58,332 nt of DNA from contig JABANN010000168.1 of assembly GCA_013115125.1 (NCBI GenBank), positions 1 to 58,332 on the forward strand. The letters run 5' to 3'. Position numbers and translations under genes: made by a program. Origin of the DNA: Perkinsus olseni (Eukaryota). Shown here piece after piece: positions 36,358-45,686 of the stretch. Position 1 is the stretch's first letter, and each line of letters opens with the position of its first letter. The notes beneath the pieces are model-generated. The model had not been told where the DNA came from, searched no databases, and was given only the letters and a program-made list of their open reading frames with translations.

Positions 36358-38301
36358 TCAGGAAAGAAACGTTTCACTGTGGGACAAGTCTTCATTGGCA
36401 GCCATGCAGTCCAGGTCTGCTACTCGATGGACCTCTATCCACTTGTCGAAGCGACCTGAGGTAAACTTCATCCTCAGCAGCATTTGAATGGATCGGTACC
36501 TGGCCGCACGACTGCTGGGTCTAGCTTGTCCGGTGGGGTAGTTGATGTCGCCACCACCGCTAGGGACTCCTCCACATCAGCATCCACGCCATCCAGGCAA
36601 GTAAGAAGGGTCGTCAGCGTCCGACGGTATGTCCCGGATGTACCTGCGGATAACAATAGACGCCACATAGGAGTTAGTAATCTTTTGAAGTCGAAGTAAC
36701 AGTTTAAAGAATGGAGAAGGTCAGACACGGGAGAACCGAAGGAACTGCGTGTGTGCGAGGGTGCCGAAAACGGGCTCACTCAGACTAGCACCGCGGTGTT
36801 CGGCTGACATATCCCTCTTACATCAGGATACTTCGGTACCGATGTATCCTGATCTATCAGGGATTGGCTCAGGCAAGTGGATGAATTGCGTTGGTCTTCG
36901 CCTACTGTCCTGCCCGGTACTCACCATCATCGTCGGCCGCTTCCTCTCGCGCTGTTGCGATGGATTCGAGGCCGTCCAAGATGAGGACGGCGGGGAGCTT
37001 CAGCCGAGCAGCATCGAAATGCCGCTGGAGGTTACGCTCCGTCGAGCCAAGATACTTCCCGAAGATTCCCGCCACGTCCACCTAGAAGGACCGATGCCAT
37101 AAGCGGACAGGCGGCCGGGGACTCACCCGCACGATGGACACCCTAGAGGGCATGAAGTCAGCCAAAACCGAGTCTATGAGCGTCGTCTTGCCGCTGCCAC
37201 TGGTGCCGTAAACGAGGACCCTGGCACTTGGGCGCAAGCCCATTTGTCTGTAAAGGTTGGGGTAGACGAAAGGGAACACTACAGCCTCTTTGAGGAGCTT
37301 CCGCTGCTCCTCCAGGCCGAAGCACGGCACGGAAGCGGCCGCGCTGGTGCTGACAGTGGAGTCCTCTGTGACGGGCGAGCAGTCGATCATGTCACCTTTG
37401 TCGAATTTCGATAGCCACGCGCCAGCCACGGTGGCAAGATTGTCCCGAGCCACGACCAGGAGAGGCACTCGTAGCCGATGGCATGCCTCCCACAGGCCAT
37501 CACACACCTCGCTGTTGACGGGGGTATGGGAGACATCGAGGAGGGTGACGGCCTTCGGGCGAAGGTTGTGCAAGAGGTTGGTAAAGCTGCGGCGGTCAGG
37601 GCGGAAGGTGAGGATCTCGAAGGCACTGAGCGCGAGACTGTCAGCGAAGCGGAGGTCCTCGTGGGAGTTATAATAGAGGCAGTCCTTGGCGGGAGGTGGC
37701 GGCGTTACACTGTGGCTCCGCGGTAAGGCGAAGCCAGCTAGAAGTCCGCCCCCGAGTTCTGATTCCTCTAAGGTGAATTTGACACTTTGGCCGAGCAGGT
37801 TGAGGTAAACCGAATGCCCCTGCGCCAGGAAGGGCCACTGCTGTAGCTGACGCTCTGCTGCGCTCCGAAGGACTTCCGGGTTGAGGGAGATGGCCTGCAG
37901 CACGTCCGGCCAATGAGGTTGGCAAGCAGGGATGATCAGCCTCCACGATGCTGGACTATCATCCTGGTCACCTGAGACGAGGAAAGTGGGAAGAAAGCCT
38001 AGCCGTGGAGCAGAGTACTTAGGACACTGACGGACACCTCTGAGCCCAGCTCCTTCCGAGCCCACGAAGGCAGCTCAACCCTGCCCGCCTCGAGTTCCCG
38101 AGAGCGCAGCGCCCAGAGACATATCTAAGGTCGCCGTATCAAGCATGAGTGATAGGGGAAGAGGTCGTCCCGTACCTTGTGACTGTTGTTGGTGCCCTCG
38201 AGGAGAATGGCAGTGGCTTCTGGCAGGTCGATCGGTGAGAGCAAGCAGGAGTGCCTCGGCCATGATTCCCGCGTGACCGTGACTGCTGTGAGGGTGGCCA
38301 T
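36358..38301 (-). CDS. CDC48/PEX1-like AAA+ family protein with one recognisable, degenerate ATPase module, multi-exon
   Basis: FGLEEQRKLLKEAVVFP...MGLRP, Walker A GTSGSGKT, pore loop GKYLGSTERNL, Walker B VLILDG and SRH LDPAVVRPGRFD; stop at 36358-36360. Confidence 0.8.
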
Positions 38302-38384
38302 GAGCTAACACCCTGAAAAACGAAGAGGGAAGAGTGCCAGGAAACCCAACAAGCAGGCCGCCAAGAAACAACTCAATCGTCGAA

Positions 38385-40145
38385 TTACTTCCTCCGTCCC
38401 CGTGGGCCATGGAACCAAACTTGTAGATCGACATCAGGGTACCGGCTCACGAACTGGGCCATTGCGGCCAAGCTGGATACGCAGGGGGCTCTGCTGATCA
38501 CGAGCCGCACCCAACCGCAGTCATAGACGTCTTTGTGGGCTTCCAGGACTCGCGCCACCGACTCTAAGGCTTGGAAATCTGGCTCAGTGTTGCGAACCCA
38601 GCCGTGGCGGTAGGGTGTCAACACGCTAGCTGAAGAAATACCCTGAGGGACCGGAAGATAGACCGTCGGCGGCCCTACAAGGGACTCCCCGTCTCCGTCT
38701 TCTGGCATGAGGGAGTACTCGGCAACAGCGGCGAAACGGCGGCCTAGGAGCTTCGCCTCTAAGTGCTCCGGGACCTCACTGGAAGGTCCTAGGATACCCA
38801 GCTCTGCACATATTTCGCGCGTACCGAAATAGCCGACTGACCGGATCTCAACGGGAGCTCCCTCCCGCATTTGCCGGAGGTTCTCCTTCAGAGCCTCCGT
38901 CCAGGCCGTGGTGAGGGCCACCGAGGGACATGCCTCGCCGAAAAGGTCGACCACGGAGAGCAGGGAGGCGGTGTCCAACTTGGACGCCACCAAGGCTTCC
39001 TCTGCTGCGACCAGTAGCTTGTCCTTAGCAGCGGCCCCGACTCGGTCCTCTACCGGCAGCATAGCCTGAGCGAAGGTCGCCAGGTTGCCGTCAATCGAAC
39101 CAGCAGCAGAGATTGAATTTAGGACTGCCACCAGTGCGTCAGTAGCGTGTCGGTCCTCCTTCTCGGCTTTGAGGACATAGCTTGACAGGGCGGTGGCGAC
39201 CATCGCCAGCTCCTTGACGTTGAAAGCGCACGAGCCTTCCTGTCCTAAGACGAAGTCACACGCCCGTTCTATCACCTCGCGCACCTCCTCCGAATTTGAT
39301 AGAGTCTCTGTCCTAGTAACCGCCCACAAGGTCTTGCTAAACTCCTGGACGGAGAATCCTCGCGGCCACGAACGGAGCATCGACCCTACCGCACGCCGCA
39401 CGATAGGCAGCACGGCTCGGCCGGAGTCCTCCCTCCAGAGCTCGAGGGTTGCTACCGCCCAAAGGGCCCCAGACACTTCCCCAGGCTGAGCTGTGGGGTC
39501 CGATAGAACCCTCTCAGCGAGAGCGAGGAGTAGGTCAGAGGGCAGTGGTTCCGCACGGCGGTGCTTCCAGTAAGTCGCGAAGGACCAGAGTAAGATTCCT
39601 GCTCCCCGCAGCGCTACGTCGTCCAAGGAGGCCAGATTATTGCTGAGATGTTGCGCCGCCACAGAGAAGACCTCGTCGTGCCCAGGCGTCTGGGCGGTCT
39701 TCGCATATGCCCATAGTAGACCTGCCAATGTGCCCGAGTTTAGCCGTCCTATTCTCCGACAACGGTCGCCCTTCTGGTCGTCGCAGAGGGCGGCCGAGAG
39801 GCACTCTGGCAGCGGCGTCGAGGGCCGCGCCTTGGCCCAGCAGTAGCAGAGGCGAGCGACAGACTGCGGGTGGGTGAAGCGACCACACTCGACCTCTACC
39901 ACAACTTCGTCCAGAATCTTCCCAGCGAGAGCCAGAGAATCCTCGCCGCTGGTGGACACTAGTCGATACGCCGCATGAACCTTATTGCGATCGTTCAACG
40001 CTTGGTCCCTCTGGAGAACCTCCACGTTCCTCAGAAGATCCTCCCTTCTCCAAGCATTCAGTAGGCGTCGGACCTCCACCTGCCGGCTCGCATCGGCTGA
40101 TGTCCGCAGAGCGGCGACGCATAGACGGCAGCTTGACCGATACAT
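38385..40145 (-). CDS. Helical-repeat (HPR/OPR-like) protein with a C-terminal AID/APOBEC-like deaminase-fold domain; intronless, ~586 aa
   Basis: Arg/Ser-rich N-terminus; repeats such as PQSVARLCYCWAK, LAGLLWAYAK, PGEVSGALWAVATL and FSVQEFSKTLWAV; C-terminus RNTEPDFQAL...GWVRLVISRAPCVSSLAAMAQFVSRYPDVDLQVWF. Confidence 0.7.
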   Translation of the reverse strand: MYRSSCRLCVAALRTSADASRQVEVRRLLNAWRREDLLRNVEVLQRDQALNDRNKVHAAYRLVSTSGEDSLALAGKILDEVVVEVECGRFTHPQSVARLCYCWAKARPSTPLPECLSAALCDDQKGDRCRRIGRLNSGTLAGLLWAYAKTAQTPGHDEVFSVAAQHLSNNLASLDDVALRGAGILLWSFATYWKHRRAEPLPSDLLLALAERVLSDPTAQPGEVSGALWAVATLELWREDSGRAVLPIVRRAVGSMLRSWPRGFSVQEFSKTLWAVTRTETLSNSEEVREVIERACDFVLGQEGSCAFNVKELAMVATALSSYVLKAEKEDRHATDALVAVLNSISAAGSIDGNLATFAQAMLPVEDRVGAAAKDKLLVAAEEALVASKLDTASLLSVVDLFGEACPSVALTTAWTEALKENLRQMREGAPVEIRSVGYFGTREICAELGILGPSSEVPEHLEAKLLGRRFAAVAEYSLMPEDGDGESLVGPPTVYLPVPQGISSASVLTPYRHGWVRNTEPDFQALESVARVLEAHKDVYDCGWVRLVISRAPCVSSLAAMAQFVSRYPDVDLQVWFHGPRGRRK

Positions 40146-40332
40146 CCTGGGGCGAGGAGAACCCTGACGAGTACTCAGCGTCTCACTATCCAACTCAAGG
40201 CAAGCAGGGCTACGGCTTTAGAAACGCGCGAGATTGGCACACAGTATGGTAAATGGTACAATAGGAATGCCAGTCACTAATAATGGTACGAAGGAGCAGC
40301 AGCAGGGCGAGGGTCACTTCCGTGATGCCAGG

Positions 40333-43300
40333 CTATCCCCAGCGGCACAGCTTGCACTCCCTCACTGTGGGGCTAGGGTTCATCTCGTCGGGCTCGGGTT
40401 GACAGCACTTGTCGTGGTAGGTGTGGCCACAGTCGAAGACGGTGACCTTGCCGGAGACGTTACTGTCGCCGACCAGTGCCTTCTGACAAGCTTGGCACAC
40501 GACCGAGCTCACGCTCAATGCCCGACTCTGCCGCGACACCAACCCAGAAAACAGCCGACTGGCGTCCCGTCGCGATATGTCTTCGGTGGATTCAGCGAGG
40601 GAGTAGGAGAAGCCGACACCGCCCAGTAGGCTGACCAGTGGCTTGCGCAAGGCATCGTCATCTACCCTTCTTCCCGGCCGCTTCCGCAGGAGCGTCTCGA
40701 TGGACTGACTAACCGGCACTAGGTCGAGTACACCGCCCTTACGCAGCAGCATTTGGGAGATCTTCTGGTCGTCACAGGCCATCGCCAAGCAGGGCATCCA
40801 GAGCTTGGAAATCTGCTCAGGTTGGAGTCTCTCGGCCCGCCTTAATGTGAAGTCTGCCGCCATGGAGACGAGCTCCAGTTTCTGTGATTCATCCTCAGTG
40901 CTCGACAGGGCGTCCAGGATCGTGGCAATAACGCCGTCATCGTCATCAGCCTTCTCATAGAGACAAAGGAGGCCCTGCGTGCTGGAGTACTTCTGGCAGA
41001 GTTCCCGTGCCTGGTCAACTGGTATCGCTCCGTCGGCGGCTCTGAGCAAGAACTTGGACACGCCTGACTGACGATCGGTGCGCAGGAGCAGCTCCAAGCC
41101 AGTCAAGGCGTGAGCGTGGTAAAATATTCTCCGACCGTTGGCGTCCTGCCAAGTGGAACTAGGGTTCAGTAAAGGCAACAAGAAGGCACAGTAAAGGTCG
41201 TCAGGGATCTCCCCCAGCTTCACGACGGGCTCGTTGGAGTCCTCCAACTCGAGCACGCCATCCATGAATAGACGTCCCGTCTCTGCTGGATTCAACTCTA
41301 TCAGCCTCTTCACCAGCTTCAGAGCGGCAGCGCGCACCCCTTGCCGAATGGCCGAGTCATCCGTACGTATAACATCTTCGAAGATATCCTCACTGAGCTG
41401 CGGTGTATCCAAATAGCAGCACAGCATCTCCTCATACTCTCCCAGGCAGTGGCCCAGTGCCCAGGCCTGGACAGACCGCATGCTCCTCGCGGACGCTTCC
41501 TTCACAAACTCAGTAACGTCTATCGACGCGCACTTGTCGTCCTCATAGATCCTCTCGAAGGCCACCTGGACTCGCTTCTCAGGGAAGGCCTGTAGCATGA
41601 CCTTCAGAACCTGCTGCCGGACCTCCTTCGGCACAATCGCTATGCCTCGGACTTGGCAAGCTTTGGCGATGAATAGATAGTAGCTGCGCAGTACTTCCTC
41701 CTCCTCGTCCTCGTTGCGGCCCGACCTCTCCGTCATCCGCACGCTGCACTTCTGGATACACTCCTCAGTGAGTGGCAAGCACTTGAAGAACTCCGTGGGC
41801 GAGACCTCGAGGAGCTCATCGAAGCAGCCAGGACTATCGTCAAATATCGCCCTAAGGAGATCGTTGATGGCTGTGGCGGGCGGCTTCGGCATGGCCGTCG
41901 GAGTCTCGAGCGGATACGCCTTCCCCGCCAGAGTGAAAGTAAGATACCCATACAGATGCTCCACGAGGGGCATGCTAGCGAGCTTCTCAGACACACCATC
42001 GCCCTCGGCCTGCGCCAGTCTCTTCTTAGCCCGCACTGCAGCGTCGACGAAAATTTGTAACGGAGTAGTGTAGTCACCGAAGGCCGCGTTATAGACATAC
42101 ACCAGAACCGACCAAAGGCCGAATTCCGTCGCCATGCGGGTCGTGAAATTGAGGTCGAGGCTTCCAGGGTTGACGCTTAGACAAAAGTCCTCTGCCGCCC
42201 GGCGTACCTCCACCGTGGGGTGCTTGGCAAGCTCGTCCCGGAATCTCGACAGTACGATGGCCACGACCTCCGAGTCCACGGTGCCGGGAGGAAGGACCCC
42301 CGACCGTAGCCTGGTCTCTACTACCTTCAGATAGACGTCCCGTACTGCCGCGCCGCAAGCCTCGCAGCGAGCGAAGACCACGCGATAAAGGAAATCCCAT
42401 AAGGCCATGCTAGCACAGGCGTCAACGGCCAAGGTCACTCGCTCTTGTACGGCCTCGAGGTCGTCGTCCTCGGGAAGATCGGAGAGGTACACTCGAAGGA
42501 GGGCCTCCATCTCCATCGGGTTCGGCCGGGAGGCGTCGGCCAGCTGGGGAAGACCGCCACCACCTATACCAGACACAATCGTGATGGCCGCCTTCATCTG
42601 GTGGCCATTCAAAAGCCGCTTGATCTCATCCTGCCAGTACCCCACGGTGACTTCCGTGAAGTGGTGAGTGTCCGCCCCTGCCTGGTACCCCGGGAGGATA
42701 ACCGTAGGGCCATTGACCGCTATAAGGTCAGGGCAGTAAGTCCCTAACAGTCTATGCCGATAGACGACGTTCCCAGAGCCCCGGAGCATCGTCGTGCGAG
42801 GTCGGTTCGTCTGAACTAGAATAACCTCACGCGAGCTGGACTCGTGCGCTGGCGCCACTACTGCGGCAAGAAGGCCACCGCCGACGCAACGGAGGGCTCG
42901 GAAGCCGGTCGTGAAATCCTTCGAGGGCAGAAGGACCTGTCCGACCACATCGAACACCGCCAGGTCTGTCCGGGGCCTGAGCATGTGTATGGTCCTGCCC
43001 ACCCCTACGCACAGCGTTACAGGATCCGCGCACCAACAGACGCACAGAGATTCTGATTCCGACAGAGGCATTTCAAAAACGAGCCTCGGGGTCGGGGCCA
43101 TGCTGATCACCGTCACCACCTCGGAAGATACCATGGCCACCAAGCCCGCATCGGCCATTTCAGATCTTCGCAGAGCCGCCATAGCCTTCACCGGCTTTTC
43201 CTTCTTCAACAACAACTTCTTCTCGCACGTCATAGTCACCAAAAACGTATTGAAGGTGAGCATGTAGCAGCGGCCAAGTTCATCAGCGGTGACGATATTT

Positions 43301-43734
43301 TGCCGTCCCGCAGCCCCCCAAAAGACTCCGGCCGTCACTGCGCTGTTCTGCATGTCCCGGACCAATTTTTGTAGTACATAGGTTGTGGCGTCGAAGAGCG
43401 CTACGGACCCCGAGGCGTACCCTACTACCAGTCCTGACCCGTCCGCTGACCAATCCACGCTCCGGGCTGGTCCTGCATCCTCCGCTGGGGGCCGTATCGT
43501 TCGAACTCGCTGCGCTCCGAGCTCGTGGGATACGACGATGGTGTGACCGTGCTGAGTGCCGAGGGCCACCTTAGGGCCTTGACACGCAGCGATGCACGTG
43601 AAGCGGAACGTCGATACGCCCGTGCGGACGCCTTTGACGGCAGCTCTTATCGGTAACTCCACAGAGGAGTAGTCCAGAGAGGTCGATGGCTTAGCTGCTG
43701 GAGTGGAAGGTGTTGGCGCGGGCGAGGCCGTCAT
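40333..43734 (-). CDS. VPS8: Vacuolar protein sorting 8 (CORVET subunit), intronless, 1133 aa
   Basis: N-terminal beta-propeller (LVVGYASGSVALFD), Vps8 core LDLNFTTRMATEFGLWSVLVYVYNAAFGDYTTPL, and a C-terminal RING-H2 CQAC...CGHTYHDKC...CKLC. Confidence 0.85.
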   Translation of the reverse strand: MTASPAPTPSTPAAKPSTSLDYSSVELPIRAAVKGVRTGVSTFRFTCIAACQGPKVALGTQHGHTIVVSHELGAQRVRTIRPPAEDAGPARSVDWSADGSGLVVGYASGSVALFDATTYVLQKLVRDMQNSAVTAGVFWGAAGRQNIVTADELGRCYMLTFNTFLVTMTCEKKLLLKKEKPVKAMAALRRSEMADAGLVAMVSSEVVTVISMAPTPRLVFEMPLSESESLCVCWCADPVTLCVGVGRTIHMLRPRTDLAVFDVVGQVLLPSKDFTTGFRALRCVGGGLLAAVVAPAHESSSREVILVQTNRPRTTMLRGSGNVVYRHRLLGTYCPDLIAVNGPTVILPGYQAGADTHHFTEVTVGYWQDEIKRLLNGHQMKAAITIVSGIGGGGLPQLADASRPNPMEMEALLRVYLSDLPEDDDLEAVQERVTLAVDACASMALWDFLYRVVFARCEACGAAVRDVYLKVVETRLRSGVLPPGTVDSEVVAIVLSRFRDELAKHPTVEVRRAAEDFCLSVNPGSLDLNFTTRMATEFGLWSVLVYVYNAAFGDYTTPLQIFVDAAVRAKKRLAQAEGDGVSEKLASMPLVEHLYGYLTFTLAGKAYPLETPTAMPKPPATAINDLLRAIFDDSPGCFDELLEVSPTEFFKCLPLTEECIQKCSVRMTERSGRNEDEEEEVLRSYYLFIAKACQVRGIAIVPKEVRQQVLKVMLQAFPEKRVQVAFERIYEDDKCASIDVTEFVKEASARSMRSVQAWALGHCLGEYEEMLCCYLDTPQLSEDIFEDVIRTDDSAIRQGVRAAALKLVKRLIELNPAETGRLFMDGVLELEDSNEPVVKLGEIPDDLYCAFLLPLLNPSSTWQDANGRRIFYHAHALTGLELLLRTDRQSGVSKFLLRAADGAIPVDQARELCQKYSSTQGLLCLYEKADDDDGVIATILDALSSTEDESQKLELVSMAADFTLRRAERLQPEQISKLWMPCLAMACDDQKISQMLLRKGGVLDLVPVSQSIETLLRKRPGRRVDDDALRKPLVSLLGGVGFSYSLAESTEDISRRDASRLFSGLVSRQSRALSVSSVVCQACQKALVGDSNVSGKVTVFDCGHTYHDKCCQPEPDEMNPSPTVRECKLCRWG

Positions 43735-44018
43735 ATGAAGAATTAAAGCAGCCCAAATACATGCCTACCCAGGAGTTAGACATTGATTTAACCCTATTCG
43801 TATCTTACATGCTTCAAGCTAAGATACTCCGCCCGCTGATACTACACACAACACTGATCGTCAATATTAGACAACATGACCAAGTCATGCATCCTGCCAT
43901 TGGGAGGATCTGGTGGGCCTGTCAGGCTCGCAACACAGCGAAATCGTAGTAAGTGTCTCGGGGAATCCCAGACGTAGAGCGTCCATTAGACGCAGCAAAA
44001 AATATGATTGGCAGATAC

Positions 44019-45308
44019 CTACACGGGCACCGACATCTCCCTGACGCCTTCTAGCGCCCTCTCCGATATGGAGACCCCGCTTGGTGCGTAGTCCTGGCCA
44101 GGGTATGGCATGTAGGGAGAGGGCGGGGCGACTATTGGGTAGGGGTGCGGGGCTATAGGAGGATAGTAATAGTAGCTTGGCCATGGCGGATTGGTCAGAG
44201 GTGCGCCTGTGGAGGCGGACTGGAACTGATGGGTTTCCTGTACGGTCTTAGCGGCAGTGGTACCGTCGGAACCGGCTGTAGAGCTGCAGTAGGAAGTCAT
44301 GATGTACTCTGAACGAGAGCAGTCCGCGAACTGTATGCGGGACTTGACGCCAACTCGTTCCAGTAGAGAGGACATCGGGAAGGACACTACCTGGAAGGCG
44401 GAGGACCCCTGTGCCGGTGAGGCGCTGCTGGTACTACTGCCACCACGACCAACGGTGTAATGAACCATGCTGGTCGGAGGGCTGCCGGAGACGCTGCTGG
44501 TCACCGAATGCTCTGGGGTGGGCTCAGCGGAGTCGTCGCAGGGCTCGCCAGCCTCGCAGGGGTTCGCCGCGACCACAACAGGCGCCGTGTCACCACAGGG
44601 GTCGCGTCCGTTGCACGGCGCCGAGACCTGGCTGTACACGACATGGCCCATGGACTGATCGCAAGGGCCGCTGCCCTGGCAAGGGATGGAGGCGGTGACC
44701 ACTAAAGGTGAGGGCATCTCACAGGACTCCTCCGTGCAGGGGTCGGGCATGTCGCAGGGGTCCGGACCATCACAGGGCAGAGGGGCGTACTGCTGGAAGT
44801 ACTGCATCACCTGAGGCATCAGTTGACGCCACAGCGGGTGGGCCCTCGGGGAGGCCATGAAGAGGCCGTACTGGGAGGTGCCGGCGATGGGCAGATTGAG
44901 CATGGATACGTGACCACCTGCGAGAAGGTCGTGAGGGAACCCAGGCTGGACGACAATTCCGGGGTCGGCAGATACACCGCCAGAGTCGAAGAGGGCACAG
45001 TATCTCATCGAAGCCAGCCGAACAGATGTCTCCTGCTTGAGGTAGAGTGGCAGGTAAGCAGGGAAATGCTTTCGGAAGCAACCCGTGGACTCGGGGCCGA
45101 GGACGTCCCAATAGTGATGGTAGTAGACCGGCTCGGGGAAGAACTGCTGCCAAGCGTCGGAGAAGCCTCGGAGCCAGGGCGGGTTGTTGCCGGCGCCCAC
45201 TATGTGGAGTACCCTAGGGATATCCCCTGTACTGCGGAAGATGTTAGTGACTAGCCCTATTGCGGTGGAAGGCAATGCCGCTAGGAGTAGGGGTAGGAAG
45301 AATGCCAT
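44019..45308 (-). CDS. Secreted glycosyltransferase family 32 (SUR1/OCH1)-like protein with Cys-pair repeats, intronless
   Basis: Signal peptide MAFFLPLLLAALPSTAIG; IPRVLH, RYCALFDSGGVSADP and FMASPRAHPLW motifs; five PCxxxxxC-type repeats; Pro/Tyr-rich tail. Confidence 0.75.
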   Translation of the reverse strand: MAFFLPLLLAALPSTAIGLVTNIFRSTGDIPRVLHIVGAGNNPPWLRGFSDAWQQFFPEPVYYHHYWDVLGPESTGCFRKHFPAYLPLYLKQETSVRLASMRYCALFDSGGVSADPGIVVQPGFPHDLLAGGHVSMLNLPIAGTSQYGLFMASPRAHPLWRQLMPQVMQYFQQYAPLPCDGPDPCDMPDPCTEESCEMPSPLVVTASIPCQGSGPCDQSMGHVVYSQVSAPCNGRDPCGDTAPVVVAANPCEAGEPCDDSAEPTPEHSVTSSVSGSPPTSMVHYTVGRGGSSTSSASPAQGSSAFQVVSFPMSSLLERVGVKSRIQFADCSRSEYIMTSYCSSTAGSDGTTAAKTVQETHQFQSASTGAPLTNPPWPSYYYYPPIAPHPYPIVAPPSPYMPYPGQDYAPSGVSISERALEGVREMSVPV

Positions 45309-45686
45309 GGTGTTAAGCCAAAGCTGCTCGACGGGCGAGGCTCGAGGTCGGGTCCGAAGGTTCATGGACCGTTACTGACGTCCACACAGGGTAACGACTT
45401 CGATCCGGAACAGCCCGACTAAGAGGAATCTTACTTCCTATTTTTCCGAGCATCAACATCACCACACGGAGGCGGCGAGAGTACCAACGAGACATCATTC
45501 GCCACATCACCGAAAGGTACTCCTGATAAGGTCGATCGTGAGGAATCCAATGCTAGTCCAGTCAGTTTACAGATGCGTCTGCCAATTTCCGTTAGCCCGG
45601 CACGATCGCAGAAACTTGGCCACTAGGCGTGACTTGCATTTTCTTAACGCGCGCGTCCGTCGGGCCAAGATCGTTTTTCGGTTACA

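Noticed and set aside
38313-38388. Cis-intron fusing the repeat-deaminase gene to the AAA gene (GTAATT at the stop codon)
   Set aside because: Splicing to the CAG would enter a different frame from the inferred AAA first exon. A trans-splice acceptor is simpler, though RNA data are needed.
42303-42325. Second SL-like core (ACCGTAGCC)
   Set aside because: It is antisense within the VPS8 coding sequence with a poor 3' match, and is expected by chance.
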